DNA from: Geosiphon pyriformis uo1
Taxonomy: Eukaryota > Fungi > Glomeromycota
Direction: 5' to 3'
Assembly (NCBI GenBank): GCA_016748015.1
Contig: JAAOMT010000012.1
Span: forward strand, 175,583-239,582
Length of the DNA: 64,000 bases
Part shown: in pieces, positions 13,145 to 25,610 of the stretch
How positions within the stretch are numbered: the first letter of the stretch is position 1
Layout: each line of letters opens with the position of its first letter
Program-made: the position numbers and the translations under genes
The notes under the pieces: model-generated
Told to the model about the DNA's origin: nothing
The model's input: only the letters and a program-made list of their open reading frames with translations
Database searches by the model: none

Positions 13145-16100
13145 TGTTATTTATAGAAATAAAAATCATAATAAGTAAAAAAATAGTCAATAAAAAAGAA
13201 ACATAATAAAAAAAAGAATTTCAAAATTTTTTTTAAGAAATTACAAAATTACAAAATTGCAGAATTTTTTTAAAAAATTGAAAGATTTTAAAAAATTTTG
13301 TATAACACAAATTATGTATATATAATAAAAGTATTAAAAGCAGAAAAAACAAATTCATATAGAAAACAATAATTAAAAACAAGTAATTATCTAATACTTT
13401 TCTCTTTAAAAAATAGTTTTCTATAATTTAATATGAAATTATACTCATATTAATAAAATATCTATTATTATCCAAATTTATGTTATTATTACTTGATTAA
13501 AAAATATTAATCAATTTTATACTATCAATATTCTATGTTGATAAAATTCAATACTTAACTATACTGAACCAATAACTCTTGATGAGATACTAATTTTTTA
13601 TTTTTATTTTTTTTATTTTTTTTATTTTTATTTTTTTTGTTGTTTACTAATTAATTAAAAAATTTAAGTATTAAGTAATTGACATTAAAAATAATTTGGT
13701 AAAAACCCAAGAACAAGGGTAGAAAACTTAAAAATAATTTATCAAAAGAGCATAATTGTCAAAATAAATTAGCCATTACACTAAAAAAAAAATTTATAAA
13801 AGAAACTAACAATTAAATTTCTGTTTATTATATAAAAGACTCAACCAAAACTTTTAAACTCCAAAACTTTCAGAAATCATTATTATCAACAGTTATTAAG
13901 CACCAAGTTATAGATTTGTTTATTTGTTCCAACATCTTAAATAATTATTTGTAATATTTAATACTCTTTGTGAAATATAATTTAACAAAAAACCAGCATT
14001 AATATTTATTATCTGAAACAATAACAGAATCAAAAGTAATAAAAACAAATTATTTGAAATTTACAAAAGCTTTATTTCAATACTATCAAACTTATTTTGG
14101 ACTAACAAGTAACTATTGACCAGCAGAATCATCTTTTAACTTTTATATTAACAAAAAAATTATATTATACTTGGAAAACCAAAGAGATTTAAAAGCTGTC
14201 TTCAAAAATTTCTATAATGAATTACTTCAAAACATTATGTTTCTATAAAATTATTTGTTCATTTTATTAATTACAGAAATAAATTAAGAAATTGAAAATT
14301 ACACCCAACAGAGATTTTTTATTATCTTTACAAACAAAAATATAAGAAAGTTATAAATTTTAACTGAAACACCAAAAAAAATACAACTATCTATTTAAAA
14401 AAAACCAAAAATTATTTAATTTATTTATTTATTATACTATTATATGTCCAAAAACATCATCTAAATAACAGTAACTGTTATAATTATATTAAAAATACTA
14501 TTATTCAGAGTATTATTCCAAAATAATCAAAAAAAAACCAATTTATTATAAACCTATGGCAGTTTCTTTGAAAAATTTAAATTATAATTATAATTAGCAA
14601 TACCATTAGGACTTTAATTATTATTATTCCAACCAAATTTTGGATCTACCAGTAATTGGGCAGACATTAATCCAGAAGAAAAAAAAACAGTAATCAGGAA
14701 AAAAATAATCAGAACTTGATCCCAAACAATCCAAAAGTTCAAACTCCAATTGTTTAAATCTAGCAAAATCCAAATAATTTAAATCCTGTTTTTATTTTTT
14801 TACAAAACTTATCTTCACTAATCCCAATTAATCAACCACCAGTAGTATTAATTGTTACTTATTAATAATAATCACAATTACAACTATTGGTATTAATGGT
14901 CTATATATTAATTATCAAATTAAAAAAATTTACCAGTAAAAAAAACAACATTCAAGTATGGCTAAACAATATAGCAAAAGTTATTACAGCCAATAAATAG
15001 GACAATATTAGAGTCTTTCAAATAATTTTCTACTTTTTATAAAACACTATCAACTTATAGTATTAAGATTTTGATGTATTTAAAACTGCATTTCTACAGT
15101 ATTTTAGTAATAATAATAGCATCAATTATCTGTTAACTAGTTTTATTACAATCAAGTAAAATAATATTAAAGCAGTCACTATTTGCTTAGAATGCTTTCA
15201 CAGAAATTTGCGCCAAATTCAAGCAATTAATGCTGATTACTTTACAACATCACAAATTTTAAATACATTTATTCATGAATTATACAGTAGCCTTCTGCAA
15301 TAAGTATGTTCAATGTATTTAAATACTCTCTAAGATACAGTCACATATACCAGAGATTTTAAATTGACAAAACTCAAAGCCAACTATATTTAAATTATCA
15401 ACTTAATAATGAATAAATCATCTAAATTAAATTTTAAATTGAAACAATTCTGTAATTTAATTAATCAAAAATTAAAAAGATACTTAGCTAACAGTCCAGC
15501 AATCTATTAATTTTCTCAATATTGCAACAATCAAAAAAACCCAAATCAATTTTAAAATTAGTTATATCTATCATTATCAACAAATTAATTATGGCAGCAA
15601 AAAATACATAATTGCTACTACTATAATAAACAAAGCTATCTAAAAGCAGATTGCCACTTTAGATCTAACAATTTATGATCAAAAAACCAATATAAAAACC
15701 ACAATTGCAGATGTCAAACTTCAAGTTATGTTAACAACTCAATTAAACAATATTAATATTAGTTTTATTATACTCAAATAATACAATAATTAATATATGT
15801 ATCTCTAATCTATTTAATTTTAATACTGGTAATTTATTAAGCCTTACAATCACAAATAATTTATTAACTTCAACAAATTTAAGCACTGTTCCAAAATACT
15901 GTGCCAATATTAACTGAAAATCTAAGGCCAAAAATCATTTATATTTAACAGAATTGAAAATTGACAATAATAATAGATCAACTAATCTTTATTTTATTAA
16001 ACCAGCCATCAAGATTATGTTAATGAAGTTTAAAAAATAAATATATCCAAAACCTAAATTCCCAGAGTTATTTAAGTTTCTTAGTTATTTTAGAAAATAC

Positions 16101-17520
16101 TTAATTCAACAATTCAGAATTACTAACACAACCACTAACCAACAAAATCTTACCAGTAACTGTTATTAAAGACAAATCTCTTGTAATTATATTTTTTTTT
16201 GAATTAGGAGAATTAGCAATAACATTTCTATTTAATAAAGTTACTCTTAACACTAAATCTATTATTACTATATATACTGATACCAAAGTTAATAGCTAAT
16301 CTATCAAATTAATTTTAATAGTGGATTAATAGACAGTATTATTACATAACAATTCATGAATTAATTAGATTGCCATGTTAATTGCACTATTAATACCAGA
16401 ATTATTACAGTTAATAGAGCAATCAAGACTCTTATTGGTAAAATAAACAACTTTTTTTTAAGTCAATAACATTATTACATATATCAAAGTTCTTATTATA
16501 AAAATCATATAATACCAAGCTCTTATTAATAATAACTGGCTATTCAAGATCAATGCTATGCTTAATTAAAATATACAAAAGCTACAGCTTAGTTAAAATA
16601 ATTAATATACTCAGATATTAGTTATTTGTAGATACTTTAAAACAACCCAATTATAGTTACTGATAAAATTTGAAAAAAAAAAACCTATTTGAAAAACTTA
16701 ATAAGTCTTGTAAGCAGAAAACAAGCACAACAAACTGCCACTGATCTTTTTTTAAAACAACAAAAAAAAAAAAAATCTCAAAATACTACTATTACTAAAA
16801 ACACAGCCAACAGTTGACATAGATCATATTTGACTTTAGAATTAAGAAAACAACTATTCTATATCTTACTTAAATATAAAAACTACAAGAAAAAACTTTT
16901 ATTTATAAAAGCTTAGATATTGTTTAAAAAAAACTACAAAACACATATTTGCTGCTACTATAAAACATGCTACCAAAAATGCTTTGGCTATCCAAAATAA
17001 CAAGAAAAATAGAACAATAAATCATGGTTTACTTGTGAAAAAACATTACTTGATAAAGAAATATAAAATAATATTTTTGGTTATAAAATAATATATAACA
17101 CATTATTTTAATACATGATTCTTATAAACAACTAAATAAACAGAAGAATGATTTTTAATGTTATATAGAACAGAATTTTTTTGTATTTAAATAGTTATTT
17201 ATATAATAAAAACAAAATTTAAAAAATAACAAGTATTAAAGTTAAAGACATTTTACTTTACAAAATTTTAACAATAAAAAACAACTTATCAGAACTTATT
17301 AAAACTGTTTTTATATTAAACTCAAATATTTTTGTTAATATCTTAAGTAATTTAAAGCAATTTTATAAACACTACCAAAATCTAGCACTTATTTGAAAAA
17401 AACAAGAGTAATATTTAGAGAATTAAATACTAAACTCTGTAAATATTGTCTAATTTTTAATGATTTCAAATATTGTGATGATTATAACTTTATTCACAAT
17501 CTTTTATTACATATATTAAC
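13145..17520 (+). mobile_element. Ty3/Gypsy element B: 5' LTR (13145-13956), PBS remnant, gag, protease, Cys-rich domain; truncated before dUTPase
   Basis: Colinear with the gag-PR-Cys-rich region of element D (43203-46820) but far more C>T/G>A mutated; PBS remnant TTTAATACTCTTTGTGAAA at 13957. Confidence 0.85.
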
Positions 17521-18780
17521 AAAAAACCTTTGAAATTTTGAAAAAAAAATTAGTTACAGAACTTATTCTTATATAATCTAATCTAAATTAATTTTTTATT
17601 CTTTATATTAATATATTTGGTTTTAAACTTGGTGTTATTCTCTTTCAAAAGATAAAAATAACAAAAAGCATATTATAGTTTATACCAACAGATTACTTTT
17701 TCCAGCAGAAAAAAATTACTTAATTACTAAACAAGAATACTTGACAGTAATTTAAATTACTAGTTATTAAAATAAATATCTTTTTAGTACCAAATTTTTG
17801 GTAATAACAAATTATTAAGCTTTGGCTTGACTATGTAAAAAAAAAAGCTAAAATATAAACAAATAACTTAATGAATATTTCACTTAGATAAATTTGACTA
17901 TAATATATAATATTATAAAAAAACAAATTATTAAAATGCCAATGCTTTTTTCAAACTTATTATTCAATAATAGAACAATCTTTATAAATTAAACTAACTT
18001 AATTATTAATAATTTTATTTTAACCAAACACAATAATAGACTTAGATAACTACTTTGTCTTAATAAAATTTTTAAATAAAGAACAATATCTATTGAATTA
18101 TATTTAACAACAAAAAAAACATTTGCAAAAACAATCAAATTTTTATTTAATTTACCAAAACCAACTATATAAAAAAAATAAAAAAATCTTAATTGCTTCT
18201 AAAAAATTATTAGAATTAAAAAAATAAAAATTGTAATCTATAACATATATCTTAATTTATTAGTTAAATACTTCAGAAAAACAAAAACAATTCAGAAAAC
18301 TTTAACTTGTTATTATTGGTCTATCTTAGAAAAAACATTGCTAATTATATTAAAATCTGTAATACTTGACAAAAAAAACCCCCAAAAAGATATACATCCA
18401 ATTTTTGTTGGCCAACTATTTAACAAAATTGGTATAGATGTTGTTAATAACTCCTGATGCCAATAAAATTTAGAACTGTAATTATATATTATTAATACTA
18501 ATTATAATTATAATTAATACAATCAAATGTAAATTAATTGATTATATTTCTTAATAACAATTTCTGGATGGTAATTGCAGATCTAAAATATTGAACTGCA
18601 TAAATAAGAGTGTGTAAGAATTTTGAAGCATAACAAAGTCTGTTGTTATCAGATTATATACATCAATTCTTAATTATCATTGGTGTTTCTTAATTTGCTA
18701 AGATTTTTTGTCATTATTAAGCTGATTGCTAATCTTTTATTTTATATTTGCAGGCTAATTTTGTTAATTAAATATGATAA

Positions 18781-18980
18781 TGTAGGGAAGATAAAACCAT
18801 CCGATTAGGCACACCGGCCATCAGGAAAGGCAACCATCTACTTAAGGAACACCAGCCACCAGAGAAGATAAAACCATCCGATTAGGCACACCGGCTATGA
18901 GGGAAGAAAGGAAGGCATACCATCAAATTAGGTGAGGGAAGGCAAATTCCATCCGATTAGACACATTGGCCATGAAGAAA
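18781..18980 (+). repeat. ~36-40 bp minisatellite (AACCATCCGATTAGGCACACCGGCCAT...), ~5 units; possibly an LTR edge (starts TGTAGG)
   Basis: Units start near 18795, 18832, 18872, 18918 and 18949; the array is longer in copy 2. Confidence 0.8.
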
Positions 18981-19585
18981 AAAGACGCATTGGCCCTTAA
19001 ACTATCTAGGAACGCTGGTTATTAGGCTATCCAATTAGATGCACTTGCAAACGATTTAGATGCAATGATTATAAAAAAACTCACCAATAAGGATGTTAAT
19101 CGGCCCTTAAGGATCGAATTTCGAATGATCCTTAGTAGGACGATCCAGTCGGTTCCTAACTTTAAGGACCGTCAGTTCCACAATCTCAATCACAGATTAC
19201 AACATACAGCTGGTGATTAATGCACTAGTAATACAAAGATTATCTATTAATGAAAGGTTTTTACAAGATCATTTTTATAAGTGATCACAAATAATGCAAA
19301 ATAAACGCAATGTAATAAAAACGATAATTATAAGATTCTTTCTTTGGTTTCTTGCTAATAATCTTGGAATATGCGAAAAGATCTGAATAGTTGATTATTT
19401 ACCATTTATACAAACTAGATCCAATTTTTAAACGCGTTACTAATGGGTGAATCACAGTCCGGTCCTATCTTGGGACTGGCAGTCCTTGGACTGGACGGAT
19501 TGATTAACGTCCCTATCCACCAGCCATTAGATACAATATACAGCAACTCAATTGGTAATACTGGCTGTGATTTATTAATAATTCT

Positions 19586-19996
19586 CTAATATTTGACGTA
19601 ATTCTCGTCTTGGATTTTGACAATCACTTCCTTTATGCCTTCTCTCCAGCACCTACAACAACTGTTTCGTAAACCAGCTGGTACCTTATTACAAGAATAA
19701 TGAAGATGTTGAATGGAGTTACAAAATATACAGGCAGGTCCATTGATAGGTCGGGAAGTTGAGCTTTCTGTTGATTCTGAATCTCGTTTAGAAATTGAAT
19801 ATGTCGATAGGCTGGTTGGTTCTGTCAATGTTGACTCTTCAGCTGCGTGGGTTGTATGCGATGGCGCTGCGTCGGTTGGTTCTTGTTCGAATAACGGCAT
19901 TTTTGATTGTGACTCGTGGGACCTTTTGTAAAGGGCTATTATGGCTTTATTAGCAATTTCCATATTTCTGGTTATAGCCTCGTTTGCAGAGACCAT
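19586..19996 (-). CDS. Tandem CCHC zinc-knuckle protein (gag-like C-terminus), probably frameshifted
   Basis: CIFCNSIQHLHYSC fits CX2CX4HX4C. A second knuckle CCRCWREG... is completed only by a frameshift. Ser/Thr-rich linker; CpGs retained. Confidence 0.55.
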   Translation of the reverse strand: MVSANEAITRNMEIANKAIIALYKRSHESQSKMPLFEQEPTDAAPSHTTHAAEESTLTEPTSLSTYSISKRDSESTESSTSRPINGPACIFCNSIQHLHYSCNKVPAGLRNSCCRCWREGIKEVIVKIQDENYVKY

Positions 19997-20615
19997 ATTT
20001 TTGGAGGTTTAGCCCTGGTTCCGCAGATTTGTCCATTTTTTCCTCCACGATGCAGTAGCATGGGGGCTATCGTTTCGCGCTGCCCTCGTCTACTAGCTTC
20101 TTTCCAAGTTACTGCGGCATAACCCTCCCTTTCTATCTATCATTTATTATATACAATAGCTTTTTCCCCTTTTTTATCCCCCCTCAACTTGTTGAATTGA
20201 TGATCACTTAAAATAGATAGGGACAGCTGACCTGCGCCAGCAAGGAATGCTGATACTTTCTATCGTGAATCTGATCAATATGGTGCAAACCATTTATAGT
20301 CATCAAACAATTTATATAATTTTAAATTGTTTCTAGTCTTCCAATTTTAATAATATTAAAAAACTAAACCGTAAATATGATAGATTAAGTTCTCTTTCAC
20401 ATTTACGGTTTATTTTTTGAATTATATTATATTTTATAAAGTTATTAAAGTTTAAAATTAGCCACTTTTATTATTAATCTTTAATTTTCGGATGCCGATC
20501 AATCAGATTTTAGCCAATCAGCAATCATTAAAGTCACGTTACCACGTGATAAATCATCAAAGTATTATCATTTTCAGAAAGGCTTTCAATTAATATTAAT
20601 CTAATCTCTAGATGG

Positions 20616-22600
20616 TCACTTTTTTATAAAGATATAGTATCTTTCGGCCTGTGTGTTTTTTGCTGGTGACATGGCACCATTAACCATGAATATTTCATTC
20701 ACACCACCACCATATTCGGTTGTCATTATTGAAACAGAAATCCAGATATCAATATTGTTCACACCAAGCATCAAAGAAATCATAAAAGTACTATGAGCAA
20801 TTGTCAGAAAATTTGGAAATGTCATTCGTGTTCTATTTGTGATCTTGCATCTCTTTTGATAAACATTGAAAACAACCAGCTTTGGTGTTGGGAACAGCAG
20901 ATTTAAGATAAGAATTGGAATAACTGTGATGTGATTGGTTGTTGGTCCAAGAGTAATACTATAAGCAAAATGTTTGGTATTAAGAAACATTGTAAAAGAT
21001 CAATTACTCACCTCAACTTCTATATCTTAAAGCAAGAGCACGGCTCAAAATTTATGAAAAAAATTAATGCAATTAATTTTTTAATAAATGGATTCTGTGG
21101 TAAATTATAAATGGCTTATCTTTTTTTGTAACATTATATATACAACATATGTTTTTTAATGACTGATGTTTTGAACACTTTTTTTTCGTAAAATTTTAGA
21201 AATAAATTGTGTTCTATCTGATGAGAAAAATGATTAAAAGCTTAAAAATGTAAAGTATAAGAGTAGTATTCATAATTAAAATTTAACTTGATTAGGTCTG
21301 GAAAAAAAGAACTTGCAAATTGTTTTTGCAATCTATGAGAGGTAAAAAACAGTAAGCAACTTTGAAAATTTTGACCAGTATCATTTTTATTATAATGTGA
21401 ATACTTACTTTAAATTCACAAATAATCTTTCAATGACTATAATGTTGTGTTTCAAAAAATTGCTTAGATCTAAAAAATATACAAAATCTCTTGTAATAAA
21501 GATTTCTGGTTAAATTTAATATTTGAATAATGAATTATACCAAAAAGAAATATAATAACTAAAATACTTATCATGTATTTAATCGAATCATGATCTAGTT
21601 TTAGAATTGGTTTCCTAGACTGTAAAAGAAATTTCAATTGTTGAATATTTCAACAACTTATTAGAATGTAATATATAATAACTTATCACAGTAATCAAAA
21701 AACTTACATCAATTAATGTTAATTTAGAAGAATTAAGTTGGAATTGAAAGATTTTTGGCTTTATTTTGATTGGAAGAACTGAAGTTGTCTTAAAGCCTAT
21801 AATCTTGAATAGCTCTTTTTTGTTAGTATTGTATATTTTTTAACAAGTTTGTTTTGATGCAAAAAATATATAAAACATATTAGTTCAAGTAGATAAAACC
21901 CAGATTTTTTTGTAAAGGCCTAATAAACTTCTTATTTGTAAGAATTTGGCATTTTTAAAAATGTGTGAATTATTATTAAAATACATGACATTTTCGAAAT
22001 CAATTGCAAATCCTAATCAAATTCATAAATAGATGATATCTTTTTCAAATTTTCTATTAATGTAATATAGAAAACATATATCAAGTATTAAGTAATTGAT
22101 AAGAAAGAAGTACATAATACCAACTTTAATTATGTTTAAGAATTTTGGCTCTTTGATCACATTATAATATTTTGGATATTCTTTTTTGAATGATAAATTC
22201 ATAAATAATTTGGCATATTATCAATCACTGAATATGAAAATGAAAGGTCACAACTAAGCTGTAATACTAAAATTAAAATCTATCTTAAATATTCTTATTT
22301 ACTATTTTTTTAATTAATAATCATTTGCAATAAATCTTTTATTAACTCTAAAAGATTAGTTTTAATTTGAAAATTAGGTTTCTTTTAAATTGGTTGTTTA
22401 ATTGTTAATATTAGATTTTTTTGCCCAAATTCTTTGTCATAAGTCAAAGAGGTTTTTGTAGTAATTATTTTTATTGATGTCATCTGAATTTTCGGTTCAG
22501 ATAATTTTTCCAATTCCAATAAAATTTTTTTTTTGATGAATGCCAAAGAAGCTTTTTTTGATTGTTTTTTATTCAGAACTACAAAACAGAAATTAAAGTT
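20616..22600 (-). pseudogene. Spliced cargo gene: bromodomain (~21935-22350) plus C-terminal Rsc4-like beta-sandwich (ORF 20616..20990)
   Basis: Exons translate YAKLFMNLSFKKEYPKYYNVIKEP.FLNII / YEFD*DLQLI / ENVMYFNNNSHIFKNAKFLQ; GT-AG introns; last exon SITLGPTTNHITVIPIL...LMLGVNNIDIWIS...ERYYIFIKK. 5' end uncertain. Confidence 0.75.
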
Positions 22601-22762
22601 TAAATTAAAACCAAAGAGATTTAAAGAATAGATATATATCTAAGTTAAAAACACTATTTTTATTGTGATACAATTTTGTTGTACAACATTATACAGTTTA
22701 AATCCTTTAATTCTGTTTAAGTACTAATTACACATTAGATTAATATTGCATCACATAAAAAA

Positions 22763-24901
22763 ATGCCACTTCATTCTAAAAGAAAAAGAAAAGCTAAAAA
22801 TTAAGTTAGAAATACAAAAAGATCATATAAAAAAACACATCATACTACTTCAATAAATAATTATAATATTAAAGTAAATAAATTTAACAGACTAAATGTT
22901 AATAATAGAGAGTAAAACAACAAGAATAACAATAGATGAGATGATACAGAAGATATAAAAGCCACAATTAGAATAAATACAAAATTAAAAAAACTTAGTT
23001 TAATATAAAAAAACAAAAATTATCTAAAAAAAAAGAAGTGAGACTCTTATATAACAAAAAAGATACCAAAGTCAATCTATTATGATAAATATAGACCAAA
23101 TGGTTTATTTACTAATACAGCAGTCAGAACTAAAAAAATTACTACTTTTTTTAATATTAATGATGCTCAAACTACAGACATACAATAATCTAAATTTAAT
23201 AAATTTTCAAGCAATTCAAAAAGTGAAATTGATCTGTATGCTAATCAAATAAAAAAAGAGCAAAAGTTAAAAGAACATTTAGAAAAACAACATATTCAAT
23301 TAACTGTCTTTGAATATAATTAAAAAAGAGCTATTTTTGAATATCTTACCTTGTTAAATAATAATAATGGATATGAAAAAATTAATGCTAGTTTGAAAAT
23401 TGTTCAGAAAGTTTTTATTGATGATAGCATATGAAAAGCATAAAAAATTTAATATCTTGCAAAGTATTGGTTGCTTAATAATAAGTTTCTAACATCAAAA
23501 CATAAAAAACACCAAAAAATAATTAGAATAATTAATGATGAAGACATTGCAGAAAGATGTCATATTTGGATTAAAAACCAAAACTTTAATGTCACTTCAG
23601 CCATATTTAAAAAATTCATCAAGCATGAATTGTTTCCTAATATTGGAATAATGAAAAAAAAAACTATTAGTCTTATGACTGTAGTAAAATGGTTCAAAAT
23701 TCTTGGTTATTTATTCCAACAACATCATTAAGACTTATATTATGATAGACATAAAAAAATGATGTTTTGCAATCTTAAAAAGAATTTTTAAAAAAATATT
23801 TAAGCATGAAAAATATATATTAAAGTATAAAAATAAATTTATAGATTAAATATGTCTTAATTTACTTAATGAAAAAAAAGAAAGAGCTTTTGTAGTCCAT
23901 AATGAATGTATATTTTATTCAAATAATGACAACATAACATATGGGCTAAACATAGAAATTTGTCACTAAGAAAAAAAGAAAATAAAAGATTAATCATGGT
24001 CAGTGAATTTCTAACTGAAATTAATAGATGTTTATATTTACAACAAAATGATATAGAAAACTATTCTAATATATTGGAAGAGATACAATGCTATTTGCAA
24101 TCTAGTATAAATCAAGATAGTTATTAAACAACAGACTATCTTCTTAAACAAATTAAATGTAAAGCAATTCCAATTTTTAAGAAATTATATCCAAACTGTA
24201 CAACTGTATTTGCTTTCAATAATAGCTTTAATTATACAGCATTTAGTAAAAATGCTTTAATTGCAAGCAGAATGAATTTAAGTCCAGGTAAAAAGCAATT
24301 ATTAATGTGAAATACTTTTTTTGGATTAGATAATCAATTACAATTAATGATTTTTTTGGAAACATATTCAGATGAAAAACTTCAAAAATTGTCTAAAGAA
24401 ATTAAACAAGTATTAATAGAATAAGAAAAATGGCCATTAAAAGAATTAATATTAAAATGCCAAAAATACAAAGAAAAAATCAAAGATTCTTCAAAAGTTT
24501 CTTGTTGTGCACATTAAATAATATCTTTGGAATCTGATTTTCTTGCTCAAAAAAATGCAATTGAAGAATTAATCAAAAGTATGAGACATAAATGCATTTT
24601 TTTTCCAAAATTTCATTGTAAATTAAATTTTATTAAAAGATATTGGGAAACTGCTAAATAATATGCACATAATAAATGTGATTATTTATGAAAAAAATTA
24701 TAAAGAACAGTATTTGAAAGTTTTGAATCAGTATTTTTAATAACTATTAAATGATTTTCAAGAAAATATTGGTGTTATATGAATCTTTATAGAAAAAATC
24801 TTAGTGAAAAATTAGTAAAATATGCTATAAAAAAGTATAAATTTCATAGAAAAATTCCAGATAATATTCTTGAAGAATTAGACAAATTAAATAATATTTA
24901 A
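22763..24901 (+). pseudogene. DDE transposase (ITm superfamily, 'PKFHCELN.IE' type), ~710 codons
   Basis: Decayed motifs YYDRH, HNECIFYSNN, IMVSEFL, KAIPIF, FAFNNS, PGKKQ, CCA...DFLAQK, FPKFHCKLNFIKRYWE. Confidence 0.88.
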
Positions 24902-25199
24902 ACTTTGTAATACTGTATTTGGTTTTATATTATATAAAATTTAATAAAATTTTATTTTTTATTATAAATAATATATTAAAAACACATGTATATTAACCAA
25001 TAAAATTTAATTATATAAATAAAAATACATGAAGATTATTATTTAAAATTTCAGACTAATCTACATTTTTGATGATTATAAATAGTTTGCACTATATCAA
25101 TCTTATCTCTTTTTTTTTTATCAACACTAAAGTTGGTATAAAAGTAAAAGAGTTATGGTTAATAGTAGTGTGCATTGATATTATAAATTCTTTTTAAAT

Positions 25200-25610
25200 A
25201 TTATCCTATTCATTTACTCATTCATCTTATATTATCACTTTTTTTCTTTTATTTGTCTATCTTAATATATCACTTTTATCATTTTTTTCTTATATTTATA
25301 TATGTGTATTTATTCACAACATATTATCACCTTTTTTCTTTCATTTATCTATATTAATATAGTCTGTTTATTACTTTTTTCTTATATTTATATATGTTTA
25401 TTTATTTTTATCATATTATTATTTACTTTTTATATTTTTTTATATTAATCTAGTTTTTTTACTGTTTTTTTATTGCTTTTTTTTTACATTTGTATATGTT
25501 TATTTATTCGAATCATATTCTTTTTTTTTTTTATATTTGTCTAAATTAATATAGTTTTTTTATCACTTTTTTCTTACATTTGTATTTATTAATATAGTGT
25601 TTTTATTATT
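25200..25610. repeat. Degenerate ~92-bp tandem repeat, ~4 units
   Basis: ATATTATCAC-like motif at 25229, 25321 and 25413 with matching downstream sequence. Confidence 0.6.

Larger units (their letters stand above)
17521..20007 (+). repeat. Direct segmental duplication, copy 1 (Gypsy RH/IN remnant + spacer + minisatellite + zinc-knuckle ORF)
   Basis: Colinear with 40731-42282 + 52335-52584 + 53499-54627; internal junctions are shared. Confidence 0.9.
20281..25094 (+). mobile_element. IS630/Tc1/mariner-superfamily DNA transposon copy 1 (4.8 kb) with bromodomain cargo gene
   Basis: TIRs TGGTGCAAACCATTTATAGTCATC (20281) and GATGATTATAAATAGTTTGCACTA (to 25094); TA on both sides; second copy at 58449-62701. 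Confidence 0.92.
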
